Notes: generated by a model from the letters alone, not told the origin. A stretch of DNA of 64,000 bases from Candidatus Bathyarchaeota archaeon (GCA_963782525.1 CAWAKC010000004.1:1-64000), one strand, 5' to 3'; shown: positions 1 through 9,511, counted from the stretch's first letter. Numbers and translations: made by a program.

Positions 1-12
1 CGGGACTCGCAG

Positions 13-34
13 AGTTGTATAGGAGTAAGTACTG
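13..34 (+). repeat. Imperfect inverted copy of the motif beside the tRNA att site (candidate integrase arm site)
   Basis: AGTTGTA-N6-TAAGTACTG (13-34) versus CAGTACTTA-N6-TACAACT (39128-39149); 18/22 identical as inverted repeats. Confidence 0.55.
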
Positions 35-101
35 AATTTTTTTATCTTTTTAGTTTATTTTCATTGTTAGCGGATGCCCTAAGCTTTAGGAGGGCTATTT
101 T

Positions 102-629
102 TTGAGCACCATTTTTACTTACCTACGTCAGCCGCTTAATCGCTATACGTTCAAGGCGCCAAAAACTAAGGCATGGGTAGAAGATCAGTGCAAAGGCAAG
201 TATGTGCTGAACCTCTTTGCGGGTCCTACGCGGCTCAATGGCTGTATTGAAGTCGCCAACGACCTAGACGATTTGCCGTGTACTCTTTTTAGAATGGATG
301 CCCTGGACTGCGCCAAACATCTCAGGGAAAGAGGCGAGTTATTCGATGTTATTTTGCTAGACCCACCGTATAGTTACCGCAAAAGCATGGAGCTCTACAA
401 TGGGCATAAGAATAGTCGTTTCAAGCAGCTCCTCGATGTTCTGCCTGATATTTTGACGCCTCATGGCTGGGTTATCACTTTTGGGTATCATAGTCGCGTG
501 ATGGGTGTTAGCCGTGGCTTTAGGATTCGTGAAATCTGTCTGATCAGCCATGGCGGAGCTCAACACGATACTATCGCATCGGTTGAGGAGCGAATCCAAG
601 TAACGAAAGGAGAAATCAAAGATGAGTAA
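102..629 (+). CDS. Small amino (N6A/N4C) DNA methyltransferase
   Basis: Motif I-like LNLFAG and catalytic DPPY (VILLDPPYS). Confidence 0.8.
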   Translation: MSTIFTYLRQPLNRYTFKAPKTKAWVEDQCKGKYVLNLFAGPTRLNGCIEVANDLDDLPCTLFRMDALDCAKHLRERGELFDVILLDPPYSYRKSMELYNGHKNSRFKQLLDVLPDILTPHGWVITFGYHSRVMGVSRGFRIREICLISHGGAQHDTIASVEERIQVTKGEIKDE

Positions 630-1176
630 CAAAGTTAGTTTTGTTCTAAATCGCAATCCGCCCTATATGGATACGACCGTTCCTTATGAGCGGACTAAAG
701 CGGAAATTGAGATTCTGCTAAAAAGCTACGGGATAAAGAACATTCGCTGGACCACTCTTGAAGGCCAGGATGATACTTTAGAGTTCATCATTGAAGCACA
801 GGTGCAGGGTGTTAAGAAGCAATTAGGCGTCGCTGTTAAGCCTCCTCATATTGTTATTAAAAAGAAGCTTCATGGCAAACTCGTCGAGTCTGAGAACATT
901 AACCAGGAGTACCGGTTGCTGTTTCATTGGATAAAAAGCAAGATTGAGGCGGTCGTTTGGGGTCTTAGCACAATTGAGAAGGAATTTCTCAGCGAAGTTC
1001 TAATGAAGCTGCCCAATGGCCAGCAGTCAACAGTTGGCGACGTGGTCGTAAATTTGATGAGTAAAGATACGCTGCAGAGCTTGCCTTTCTACGGTTCCCG
1101 ACAGAGCGAAGTTCCGTGTCGAGTGATTGAGCCTGAAGTAATTTTACCCTCTAAAGGTAATCCGGGAGGTGCCTAG
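622..1176 (+). CDS. Viral hypothetical protein
   Basis: 184-aa ORF overlapping the previous stop; SD-like AAGGAG upstream. Confidence 0.65.
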   Translation: MSNKVSFVLNRNPPYMDTTVPYERTKAEIEILLKSYGIKNIRWTTLEGQDDTLEFIIEAQVQGVKKQLGVAVKPPHIVIKKKLHGKLVESENINQEYRLLFHWIKSKIEAVVWGLSTIEKEFLSEVLMKLPNGQQSTVGDVVVNLMSKDTLQSLPFYGSRQSEVPCRVIEPEVILPSKGNPGGA

Positions 1177-1178
1177 TT

Positions 1179-1487
1179 TTGGGCTATTTTCGTATGGGTC
1201 CTCGGAACATTCTTCAGCCTTTGCTTGAGCAGGCTGCCGTAGAGAAGCAGTCGCTTGGTGCTCCCACAAAAAAGACGTTGCTTGAAATTGCAGATAAGCT
1301 GGTTCAATGGGCACCTAACTTGTATAGCAGCTGCAGTAACCCAAGCTATTCTGACGAGGAGAAGACCGCTGCTAAGTCGTTGTTGAAAAAGTATGGCTTG
1401 GAGAAGCTTGGGAATTTGAGTCCCCGCTACAAGCAGGCTACTTTTGGGTTGATTGCTGCAGAAAAGGCAAAGGAGACTTGGCGCTAA
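1179..1487 (+). CDS. Viral hypothetical protein
   Basis: Tightly packed ORF; GGAGG upstream of the TTG start. Confidence 0.55.
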   Translation: MGYFRMGPRNILQPLLEQAAVEKQSLGAPTKKTLLEIADKLVQWAPNLYSSCSNPSYSDEEKTAAKSLLKKYGLEKLGNLSPRYKQATFGLIAAEKAKETWR

Positions 1488-1744
1488 TGGGTGAGACAGT
1501 TTTAGAACAGTTTGGGTTCAAACGCTTCTCGTATAGATCTCACCCTGAGGTTAAAAGCGTAGTTGAGACGCCACCTCCAGCTGACTGCTGTGAATTTGTC
1601 GGCGATCTAGTGTTTTCTGAGGGTGAAGGGCGTTATTGTTCTGACAAGACGTTTTGCCCTAAGCGTATTTTTGCAAATGCCAATGTCTATTCTAATTGTC
1701 CTACCCGGATAGAGAAGTTAAAAGCCCAAAAGGCTCAATCTTAG
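1478..1744 (+). CDS. Small Cys-rich viral protein
   Basis: Overlaps the upstream gene; several Cys (DCCEF, YC, FCP, NCP). Confidence 0.5.
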   Translation: MALMGETVLEQFGFKRFSYRSHPEVKSVVETPPPADCCEFVGDLVFSEGEGRYCSDKTFCPKRIFANANVYSNCPTRIEKLKAQKAQS

Positions 1745-2709
1745 GAGCTGTTTTTTTGGTTGAAGCATCTGATAACACCGCCAACACCCCTACCAACAGG
1801 TGTTGCAACAGTTGGCACCCCTCAAAGCCCAGAGGCATAGAAGCACTAACATATCAGATTATCGATGCTTCAGAAATTGAGCTAAAACCATGTGAAATAG
1901 CCCGAAAAATCCATGCTCCACGCAAGCCAACACCAGGTCAATATTCCACCGTTCGCTTTTTCTGCTCCAAATTGCTGCAAAAAGGCATGATCATTCAGCC
2001 CTACCCTGGAAGTTACTGTAACAAAATCACCTACGGGGTGCGGTTCGTGCCGCTCTCAGTGCATAACATTAGCTTGCGCAGTTTCGTCTGCCAAGATGTC
2101 AAGCATTGGGAGAAGGATGAGTTTGTCGGGGGAGTAAAGATTCATGTTTGTTTTGGGTCTGAGCGCCGCAAAATCAGCGGATACCTCGCCTGTGACGTCG
2201 GCGGCATGAGCCATGACGCATGTCTTTTGGCACTTAACCGTTGGTTTGACCTAGTCAACGACCATTTAGGCTTCCAACTAAATGATTTAGAGATCTTAAC
2301 TTTTGAGTGCAACAAAGACTACCATGGCATTCGCCTGGATGGTGTTCAATGCATAACCAAAATCAATCTCTATGGTATGGTTGAGCGGGTGTATCAAAAA
2401 GAGGAAGCCCTTGTTCGCAAGGAACGCAAGATCACAAAGCCCATGAGCGTAAACAGGTTTGAACAAGCTATATCCAAAGGTTTTGCTGATACCGAAAGAT
2501 CTCAGCATGCCTTTGAGCTTAGAGAAGAGGTCAAACGTAACACTGAGGCGTTAAAGTACGCTAACAGTAGGCTTTTGCAGCTTGAGCGTTTAAACGAGGC
2601 TATGTTTGGAGCTCTCACCAAGCTCAATGATGTTTTGGGTAAGCTTGGCGATTTTGGCAGCCCTGTGCCTCTTGGGAAAGGGCAGGATTCTGAGGATTAT
2701 GTTCGTTGA
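1696..2709 (+). CDS. Viral protein with N-terminal wHTH-like segment and C-terminal coiled coil; candidate replication initiator (true start probably TTG ~1756)
   Basis: ELKPCEIARKI...CSKLLQKGMII is wHTH-like; the only large early-region ORF. Function is inference. Confidence 0.5.
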   Translation: MSYPDREVKSPKGSILGAVFLVEASDNTANTPTNRCCNSWHPSKPRGIEALTYQIIDASEIELKPCEIARKIHAPRKPTPGQYSTVRFFCSKLLQKGMIIQPYPGSYCNKITYGVRFVPLSVHNISLRSFVCQDVKHWEKDEFVGGVKIHVCFGSERRKISGYLACDVGGMSHDACLLALNRWFDLVNDHLGFQLNDLEILTFECNKDYHGIRLDGVQCITKINLYGMVERVYQKEEALVRKERKITKPMSVNRFEQAISKGFADTERSQHAFELREEVKRNTEALKYANSRLLQLERLNEAMFGALTKLNDVLGKLGDFGSPVPLGKGQDSEDYVR

Positions 2710-2808
2710 TAGTTATGGAGTTGATTGTTTGGGAAGTCATGAGAAAAAAAGAGCAAAAAAAAGACAGAAACAACTAAAGTTGGAACTGAAGAAATTGGGG
2801 GTTCACCC

Positions 2809-3375
2809 ATGAGTGAAAAGAAAACGGTCCTAAAAGTTCCCGATGCTTACAAGGGGCTTTTGGAAGATATCCGTCTGCTAAAATCTGACGAAACTAACCC
2901 CAATAAAATGACTAACAAGCAAAAAGACCAGGTATGGAAAAGCCTGCAAAGACACGGCTGGATCTACCCCATAGTCACCGATTTGAAAGGCGTCTTTAGT
3001 GACGGCGAGCAGCGCGTCCAAGTTTGCAAAGATCACAACGAGTTTTTTGCGCCGGTACTTAGGCTCGCCCTCTCAGATCCTCAGAGGAGACTGCTAAGGC
3101 AGACCCTAAACAAACTTAGAGGCAAGCACAACCGAGAGCTTGATGAAGCCGACTACAAGCGCATAATTGAGGCTGGCGAAAAAGAAGATTTACAGGCGCT
3201 GTTGACGGCGATTGGCGAGAAAATTCCTGAAGATCTAGGCGGACCTCGTGAGGGCTCTATGTTGATTCCTGAAAGCTACGAGCTGGTTATTGAGTGCAAG
3301 GATGAGACTGATCAGAAAGCCAAGTTTGACCAATTAACCGCGGCAGGGTATGTTGTGAGGGTGTTGAATCTCTAG
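2809..3375 (+). CDS. ParB/Srx-like N-terminal domain protein
   Basis: NPNKM...KSLQRHGWIYPIV...SDGEQR pattern of phage ParB-like proteins. Confidence 0.75.
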   Translation: MSEKKTVLKVPDAYKGLLEDIRLLKSDETNPNKMTNKQKDQVWKSLQRHGWIYPIVTDLKGVFSDGEQRVQVCKDHNEFFAPVLRLALSDPQRRLLRQTLNKLRGKHNRELDEADYKRIIEAGEKEDLQALLTAIGEKIPEDLGGPREGSMLIPESYELVIECKDETDQKAKFDQLTAAGYVVRVLNL

Positions 3376-4058
3376 TGGACTTTGACTTCTATAACACCTG
3401 GACTGAGCCTGACAGTTTCCGAGCTCAAAGCGTTATAGGAAGCTTCACCTTAAACGATGTTAAGCTGCAGAAGCACTTCAAAGGCTCCCTGCCCATAGAA
3501 GATGATGATTGGCAAATAGGCATAATAGTTGGTCGCAGCGGATCGGGCAAGAGCAGCATCGCAAAAAAACTGTTTCATAATGAGTATATTACAGGTTTTG
3601 AGTACCAGGGCAAATGTATCCTCGATGACTTTCCCCAAGAGCTCAGCACCTCAGAGATTACCCGTATGCTCTGCAGTGTCGGTTTTGCTTCTCCCCCAGA
3701 TTGGCTAAAGGCATATAGTTGTCTTAGCCAAGGCGAGAAGATGCGAGTTGACGTTGCAAGGGCACTTTGCCTGCCTCAGAAACGCATAGTCTTCGACGAA
3801 TTTACCAGCGTTGTTGACCGAGAAGTTGCCAAAATCGGTTCTTATGCCATCAGCAAAGCTGTCCGAGCGCAAACAGGAAAGCAGTTCATAGCTGTTACCT
3901 GCCACTTTGACGTCATAGACTGGCTTGAAGTCGATTGGGTCTTCAACACTGACACGATGGAGTTTTTTAAAAAAAAAGAACCCACCCAACAATTGAGCTC
4001 CAAGTGCAGCGGTGCAACAACGCTATGTGGAAGAGTTTTCGGCAATATCACTATTTGA
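3375..4058 (+). CDS. ABC-type ATPase (N-terminal half of an ABC-GNAT fusion)
   Basis: Walker A GRSGSGKS, signature LSQGE, Walker B IVFDEF, H-loop TCH; no membrane partner. Confidence 0.85.
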   Translation: MDFDFYNTWTEPDSFRAQSVIGSFTLNDVKLQKHFKGSLPIEDDDWQIGIIVGRSGSGKSSIAKKLFHNEYITGFEYQGKCILDDFPQELSTSEITRMLCSVGFASPPDWLKAYSCLSQGEKMRVDVARALCLPQKRIVFDEFTSVVDREVAKIGSYAISKAVRAQTGKQFIAVTCHFDVIDWLEVDWVFNTDTMEFFKKKEPTQQLSSKCSGATTLCGRVFGNITI

Positions 4059-4459
4059 ATGGGAAACTTGGCGCCGGAGTACGATGTTACGTTGCCGTCT
4101 ATAACGAGAAACCTGTGGGTTTTGTTGCGATTGTCCATACAAGGATGAAGGCCAATTACTTCCGTGTTAGTCGTCTTGTGGTTTTGCCAGATTACCAAGG
4201 CATAGGCTTAGGTAAACGGTTACTCAACTTCATCGCACAGCTCTACACTTCCCAAATCAACCTACCATTCTATCTAGTTACTTCGAATCCTCAGCTTGTC
4301 CGAGGCAACTTGGGCAACTGGCGCGTGAAGCGTGTTGGGCATGGCACAGCTGGAAACGAAGACACAAGAATCAACTCAGAACTCACCAAGAGCAACAGCA
4401 AACGACGCCTAAGCGTAACCCTACAGTACATACCCAAGCGGAAATCGGGGAGTTTATAG
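3971..4459 (+). CDS. GNAT acetyltransferase, in the -1 frame of the ABC ATPase
   Basis: WKSFRQYHYL and SRLVVLPDYQGIGLG (acetyl-CoA motif A); the frame opens right after TAA 3968-3970 inside the T6A9 run. Confidence 0.82.
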   Translation, partial: KKRTHPTIELQVQRCNNAMWKSFRQYHYLNGKLGAGVRCYVAVYNEKPVGFVAIVHTRMKANYFRVSRLVVLPDYQGIGLGKRLLNFIAQLYTSQINLPFYLVTSNPQLVRGNLGNWRVKRVGHGTAGNEDTRINSELTKSNSKRRLSVTLQYIPKRKSGSL

Positions 4460-4590
4460 TGCAAAAATACTGCAAAGGCAAATGCGGACGCAAGCTCTCA
4501 CACCAAAACAAAACAGGCTATTGCAAAGAATGCTTCGGTCGCTTCATCCTTAGCCCTAAGGGTGCTAATGCAAGTAAGCGAGATCATTAA
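4459..4590 (+). CDS. Small zinc-finger protein (43 aa, not in ORF track)
   Basis: GTG overlapping the GNAT stop; MQKYCKGKCG...GYCKEC. Confidence 0.5.
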   Translation: MQKYCKGKCGRKLSHQNKTGYCKECFGRFILSPKGANASKRDH

Positions 4591-4686
4591 TCATCGGCAA
4601 GTGCGTCGCGGAAAAATAGGTTTGGCATTTAGCGCTAACGTTTTCTATTCGCGCAACATTTTTTTACTTAAATAGCCAAATTTAAT

Positions 4687-5040
4687 TTGGAAATTTGTAT
4701 GTCGAATTCTGATGCGATAATGGTTGAAGTGATCGATAGGGTATTATCGTCTTTGGCTGAGAAAGAACGCTTTTACAGTGAGCTAAAAAAGATGCAAATT
4801 CAGCCCCAAGATATCCCAAACAACCTTTATGCCTTTCACCATGTCTTAAAGAGTACGTTTGGAAAAGGTCATTACTCAATTGAAAGTTCAATTATCAAGA
4901 CGCTCCATGAAAACACAAAGAAGGGTATCTACAGTGAAAAGGATGCTGCGCCAGTCGCCATTCGCCTTCTTGATGTATTTACAAAGGAGCACCAAAAGGA
5001 AATAGAAGAATCAAAAAAAGAATTAAATAAAAAAGCTTAA
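4687..5040 (+). CDS. Hypothetical helical protein beside the kinase cargo
   Basis: 117-aa ORF in AT-rich DNA with its own upstream TTAAATA box. Confidence 0.55.
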   Translation: MEICMSNSDAIMVEVIDRVLSSLAEKERFYSELKKMQIQPQDIPNNLYAFHHVLKSTFGKGHYSIESSIIKTLHENTKKGIYSEKDAAPVAIRLLDVFTKEHQKEIEESKKELNKKA

Positions 5041-5176
5041 CCCAATAGGTGCAAGCTCCGATATCTTTTCTGCTTATTTTTCCATTAAATTATCTGCTCA
5101 GTTTAGGTTCTATTCAGGGAAGTTTAAATATTAATTAGAAAAGAGGTTATTAGAGCAAATACTAGATGGGTAACTT

Positions 5177-8100
5177 ATGGCGAGCAAAACGAAAACTGCT
5201 TTCGATGAATCGACTTCGCTTGAAGGCAAAGGTAAAGCGTATGAGTTTCCGATCGTTGGAATCGGCGCTTCTGCAGGCGGATTAGACCCCATCAGGAAAC
5301 TGCTAGAGAATTTACCCATCGACACGGGCATGGCGTTTGTTGTGATCCAGCATCTGGCTGCTGGACAAGAGAGCATGCTGCCCGAAATCCTCTCAAGATC
5401 TACCAAGATGAAGGTTCTGCAAGCCCTAGATGACTTGAAGGTTGAAAAGAACCATGTTTACGTCATTACCCCGGGCAAGACCATGACGTTGAAAAATGGT
5501 TACCTCAAGCTTGTTCCTAAAGGTGTATCTATCAAACCCATCAACGATTTCTTTGTTTCCTTAGCTTCAGAGCGAAAAACCCAAGCAATCGGAATCGTGC
5601 TATCGGGAACAGGCAATGATGGAACCGACGGCCTCAAAGCAATTAGAGCCGAAGGCGGAATTACCTTCGCTCAAGACCCAGAGACAGCTCAATACCCAGA
5701 CATGCCTCGAAACGCAATAGATGCTGAAAATCCAGACTTTATTCTTTCACCAGAACAGATGGCAAAAGAGTTAGCTATAGTCTCTAAGCACCCTCAGCTA
5801 ATTCGTCCTGAAACAAAAACTGCAAAGCAAGAAATAGACGAAACAGACTTTAGAAAAATCATAAAGGCGCTCAAAAAATCCTTCGGGGTTGATTTCACCC
5901 ATTACCGAGATACAACCATAAACCGCCGCATTACTCGTCGCATGGTCATAAATAAGACCGAAAACATGGAAGCGTACTTGGCGTATTTGCAGGCGCATCC
6001 AAGTGAGCTTCAGGCATTGTTTGATGACCTGCTAATAGGTGTGACAAGCTTTTTTAGAGAACCAGATACTTTCTTGGCTTTGAAAGAGAAGGTTTTTCCA
6101 GAAGTTATCCAGAAAAAGGCTCCCAATGAATTCATACGAGTTTGGGTTCCTGGCTGTTCCACAGGCGAAGACGTCTATTCCGTAGCCATAGTAATTCAGG
6201 AATTTATAGAAGAAAAAGCCCTAACAGATATCCGGATTCAAATTTTTGGCACTGATGCAAACGTAAAAAATGTTGAGAAAGCTCGTCAAGGAACATACCC
6301 AAAAACCATAGCTGAGCATATATCCGAAAACAGGCTAAAACGATTCTTCACCGCTTATAATGGGCATTATCGAATAACAAAAAGCATACGTGACGTATGC
6401 ATATTTGCAAAACAGGACATAACAAGTGATCCGCCTTTCTCTAACTTGGATGTCATTATGTGCAGAAATGTGCTCATCTATTTTGACTCGTACCTTCACG
6501 AGAGAATACTGCCCATTTTCCATTACGGGTTAAAGCCGAGTGGTTTTCTTGTTTTGGGCGAGTCCGAAAGTGTAGGCAAGTTCCAGTACCTGTTTGAGCC
6601 CATTACTCCAAGAGGCCTAATTTACAGAAAGAAGCAAGCTCAGCCGCAATCGATGGTATTTCAAGAAGCCTTTATTCCTTCTGCTACAAGGGATTCTGCT
6701 AAACCGCAAAGAAAAGCAGATTTGCTAACTGTTTTAGGAGAGAAGGTAGACCGCCTGATAACTACAGAGTATGGTCCAGCGACTCTGTTAGTAAACAACA
6801 ACTTGGACATACTGGTTTTTCGTGGGGATGTCGCACCTTATCTTTCACCAGAATCAGGAGCGGCAAGCCTTAATGTAACAAAGATTCTTCGAAAAGAGTT
6901 AAGGTCTCAAGTTCAAACTGCATTATACAGAGCAAAGAAAGAAAATAAAGTCTTCAAAGAAAATGTGAACTTAAAGCAAAAAGGGCAAGCAAAAACTGTT
7001 ACTTTCGAGATAAGACCACTGGAAATAGCAGATTACGACGAACCATTCTACCTGGTATTATTTACTGAAACGCCGTCACATGCACATATATATCAAGAAA
7101 ACGAATCGGCGATTTCATCTGATGGAATTAAGGAGCTTAAAGATCGCCAGATTAGTGAGCTTAGGGAGGATTTGGAGGCAACTAAGCGGTCATTGCAGGC
7201 ACTTGTTGAGGGGCAGGAGGCAACTAATGAGGAGCTGCGGTCGTCTATGGAAGAGGTTCAGTCGAGCAATGAAGAGTTGCAGAGCACAAATGAAGAGCTT
7301 GAAACGGCGAAGGAAGAGTTGCAGTCAAGCAATGAGGAGTTGCAGACTTTAAATGAGGAGCTTAAGAACCGTAATCAGACTCTTGGTCGCCTAAATGATG
7401 ACTTAGCAAATCTGCAAACGAACATTGACATCGCAGTGGTTATCGTTGATAGTGGCCTGAAGATTAGGCGGTTCACTGCTTCAGCCCAAGAACTTTTGAG
7501 AATTTCGCCATCCGATGTTGGGGGCTCCATAGCCAACATAACTCCCGGGGTTCATATTGAAAGCTTGGAAAAAACGATAACGGAGGTAATCGATAAGTTA
7601 ACTCCTGTTAGTAAAGAAGTTGAGGGTTTGGAAGATCGTTGCTATGAAATGCGGGTTCGACCCTACTTAACTGAAGAAAAGAAAATTGACGGTGCATTTC
7701 TATCTTTCACAGATATTACCAAACGCAAAAAAGCTGAAGAGGCACTTGATAAATATGCTAAGAACTTGGAGAAGCTTGTTGAAGAACGAACCAGTCAACT
7801 CAAAGACTCCGAGCGTTTAGCAGCTATAGGCGCAACTGCAGGTATGGTTGGACATGACATTCGCAATCCCTTGCAAGCAATTGCCAGTGATGCATATTTG
7901 GCTAAGACTGACTTAGCTTTGATGCCTGAAGGCGAAGCAAAAGAGGGCATGAAAGAAAGTTTAGCAGGCATTGAGAAGAATGTTGAGTACATTAACAAGA
8001 TTGTCCAAGACCTACAGGATTTTGTAAAGCCACTCAAGCCGACTGTTCAGGAAACAGATGTTGAAGCGCTCTGCCAAGACGTGCTGCTTAATAATGGTCT

Positions 8101-8491
8101 TCCAAAAAACATTGATGCCTCATGCATAGTCGAGAAAGAAGCGAAAAAGGCGATTGCTGACCCAGCTATGTTGAAGCGAATTTTGAGTAATCTGGTAAGT
8201 AATGCGGTTCAAGCTATGCCGCAGGGTGGAAAACTTGATATTCATGCGGTCAAGGAAGGTGGCGATATTGTCATAACTGTTCAGGACACAGGTGTTGGTA
8301 TCCCACAAGAAATTAGACCAAAACTATTCACTCCGCTTTTCACTACTAAATCGAAGGGTCAAGGCTTTGGCTTAGCAGTGGTCAAGCGCATGACTGAGGC
8401 ATTAGGCGGCAAAATAACGTTCGAGAGCGAAACAGGCAAAGGCACAAAATTCATTTTGCGTTTTCCCCCCCCCCAAAGAGCTAAGCGGTAA
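5177..8491 (+). CDS. CheB methylesterase-CheR methyltransferase-PAS-histidine kinase fusion
   Basis: CheB GASAGG/QHL/GNDG; CheR PGCSTGE and CRNVLIYF; EELQSxNEEL heptads; H-box GHDIRNPL; N, G1 and G2 boxes. Confidence 0.93.
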   Translation: MASKTKTAFDESTSLEGKGKAYEFPIVGIGASAGGLDPIRKLLENLPIDTGMAFVVIQHLAAGQESMLPEILSRSTKMKVLQALDDLKVEKNHVYVITPGKTMTLKNGYLKLVPKGVSIKPINDFFVSLASERKTQAIGIVLSGTGNDGTDGLKAIRAEGGITFAQDPETAQYPDMPRNAIDAENPDFILSPEQMAKELAIVSKHPQLIRPETKTAKQEIDETDFRKIIKALKKSFGVDFTHYRDTTINRRITRRMVINKTENMEAYLAYLQAHPSELQALFDDLLIGVTSFFREPDTFLALKEKVFPEVIQKKAPNEFIRVWVPGCSTGEDVYSVAIVIQEFIEEKALTDIRIQIFGTDANVKNVEKARQGTYPKTIAEHISENRLKRFFTAYNGHYRITKSIRDVCIFAKQDITSDPPFSNLDVIMCRNVLIYFDSYLHERILPIFHYGLKPSGFLVLGESESVGKFQYLFEPITPRGLIYRKKQAQPQSMVFQEAFIPSATRDSAKPQRKADLLTVLGEKVDRLITTEYGPATLLVNNNLDILVFRGDVAPYLSPESGAASLNVTKILRKELRSQVQTALYRAKKENKVFKENVNLKQKGQAKTVTFEIRPLEIADYDEPFYLVLFTETPSHAHIYQENESAISSDGIKELKDRQISELREDLEATKRSLQALVEGQEATNEELRSSMEEVQSSNEELQSTNEELETAKEELQSSNEELQTLNEELKNRNQTLGRLNDDLANLQTNIDIAVVIVDSGLKIRRFTASAQELLRISPSDVGGSIANITPGVHIESLEKTITEVIDKLTPVSKEVEGLEDRCYEMRVRPYLTEEKKIDGAFLSFTDITKRKKAEEALDKYAKNLEKLVEERTSQLKDSERLAAIGATAGMVGHDIRNPLQAIASDAYLAKTDLALMPEGEAKEGMKESLAGIEKNVEYINKIVQDLQDFVKPLKPTVQETDVEALCQDVLLNNGLPKNIDASCIVEKEAKKAIADPAMLKRILSNLVSNAVQAMPQGGKLDIHAVKEGGDIVITVQDTGVGIPQEIRPKLFTPLFTTKSKGQGFGLAVVKRMTEALGGKITFESETGKGTKFILRFPPPQRAKR

Positions 8492-8715
8492 ATGGATTTA
8501 CAAAAGATATTAGCGTCTTTTTCTCATAATTATCAAGGGATTAACATAATTCTTACTTATCCTTGCGAAAAATTCTTTGAAATCAATTTGCTCGATTATT
8601 CTTGCGTGCAATTGCTTAAAAGCGAGCGCTTATTAGTGTAATTTATTGGGTTAACCTCTTGCAAGTATGCGTTTAGTTTTCCTCGCCTCCTTAGCTGGAG
8701 CGTGAACGGTTTGCA

Positions 8716-9033
8716 GTGGTTTCTGTCATTATTATCTTCGTTTGGGTGTTGTTTATGCCTCATAAAAGAAGTTACCAGGGAAAAATAGGTCAGCGGCAGC
8801 GAGAGCAAGATTACGCTGCTATTAAGGTTCAAAGGAAAGCAGCTTGGCAGTTCATTGGGGAGACTGAGTTTCGTGATCGCTTGATCGGCGAGACTGTTTG
8901 TCGAACTGATATCAATACGATTACTGATGAGTTGGCAAAGCTTTTTGGTCAGCCTGAATCTGAAGCGATTCCTAACGTTGAACGTGGCCTAGTTCTTATT
9001 GGACCTTTGAAGGAGTTTAATTTTGATGCCTGA
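8716..9033 (+). CDS. Viral hypothetical protein (start probably ATG 8755)
   Basis: First gene of the packed late cluster. Confidence 0.5.
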   Translation: MVSVIIIFVWVLFMPHKRSYQGKIGQRQREQDYAAIKVQRKAAWQFIGETEFRDRLIGETVCRTDINTITDELAKLFGQPESEAIPNVERGLVLIGPLKEFNFDA

Positions 9034-9280
9034 AGAGTTACATCCTGATTATAGCTTATGCCCCAGTTGCCCCGAGATCAAGCGCAAGATTGACCGTATA
9101 GATTTGGCTCTTTTAGGAGAGGACGGCACTGGCTTAAACGGCGGTATTGTTAAGGCTATAACGGATCTGCAGAAGAAAAGTAAGGTTTCGGCGAGTTGGA
9201 CAAATTTTGCAAAACCCATCGCGATTGGTGCGGTCACGTCGGTTGTGACTTTTCTGTTAACTTACGCTGTAGCTCATTAA
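9023..9280 (+). CDS. Small protein with CxxC, coiled coil and C-terminal TM helix (holin-like candidate)
   Basis: Hydrophobic C-terminus PIAIGAVTSVVTFLLTYAVAH. Confidence 0.5.
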   Translation: MMPEELHPDYSLCPSCPEIKRKIDRIDLALLGEDGTGLNGGIVKAITDLQKKSKVSASWTNFAKPIAIGAVTSVVTFLLTYAVAH

Positions 9281-9298
9281 TTTAGGAGAGAGGATTGT

Positions 9299-9478
9299 TT
9301 GGAGCCTGAAGAGTTTATAGGAGAAATAAAGAGGACCTTTAGCCGAGCCGCTATGTTGCCTGATTGGATGCAGCAGATTCTCTTAGAGGACATAAACGCC
9401 GCTATAGAAAATCGCATCCGCACGATGGAACTCATCATTCAAGCTAAATCTAAGGCTGCAGAGACCTTGGAACCCTGA
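9299..9478 (+). CDS. Small helical protein (59 aa, not in ORF track)
   Basis: TTG start after GGAGAGAGGA; MEPEEF...MLPDWMQQILLEDINAAIENRIRTME. Confidence 0.5.
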   Translation: MEPEEFIGEIKRTFSRAAMLPDWMQQILLEDINAAIENRIRTMELIIQAKSKAAETLEP

Positions 9479-9511
9479 ACAATAGCATAATCCGAAGGGA
9501 GAGAGCAAAAA

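Noticed and set aside
7230-7365. Tandem DNA repeats resembling an array
   Set aside because: They encode the EELQSxNEEL heptads of the CheB/CheR protein; no spacers, so not CRISPR.
8465-8474. C10 homopolymer as a phase-variation site
   Set aside because: It lies in the last few codons of the kinase, so length changes would barely alter the protein.
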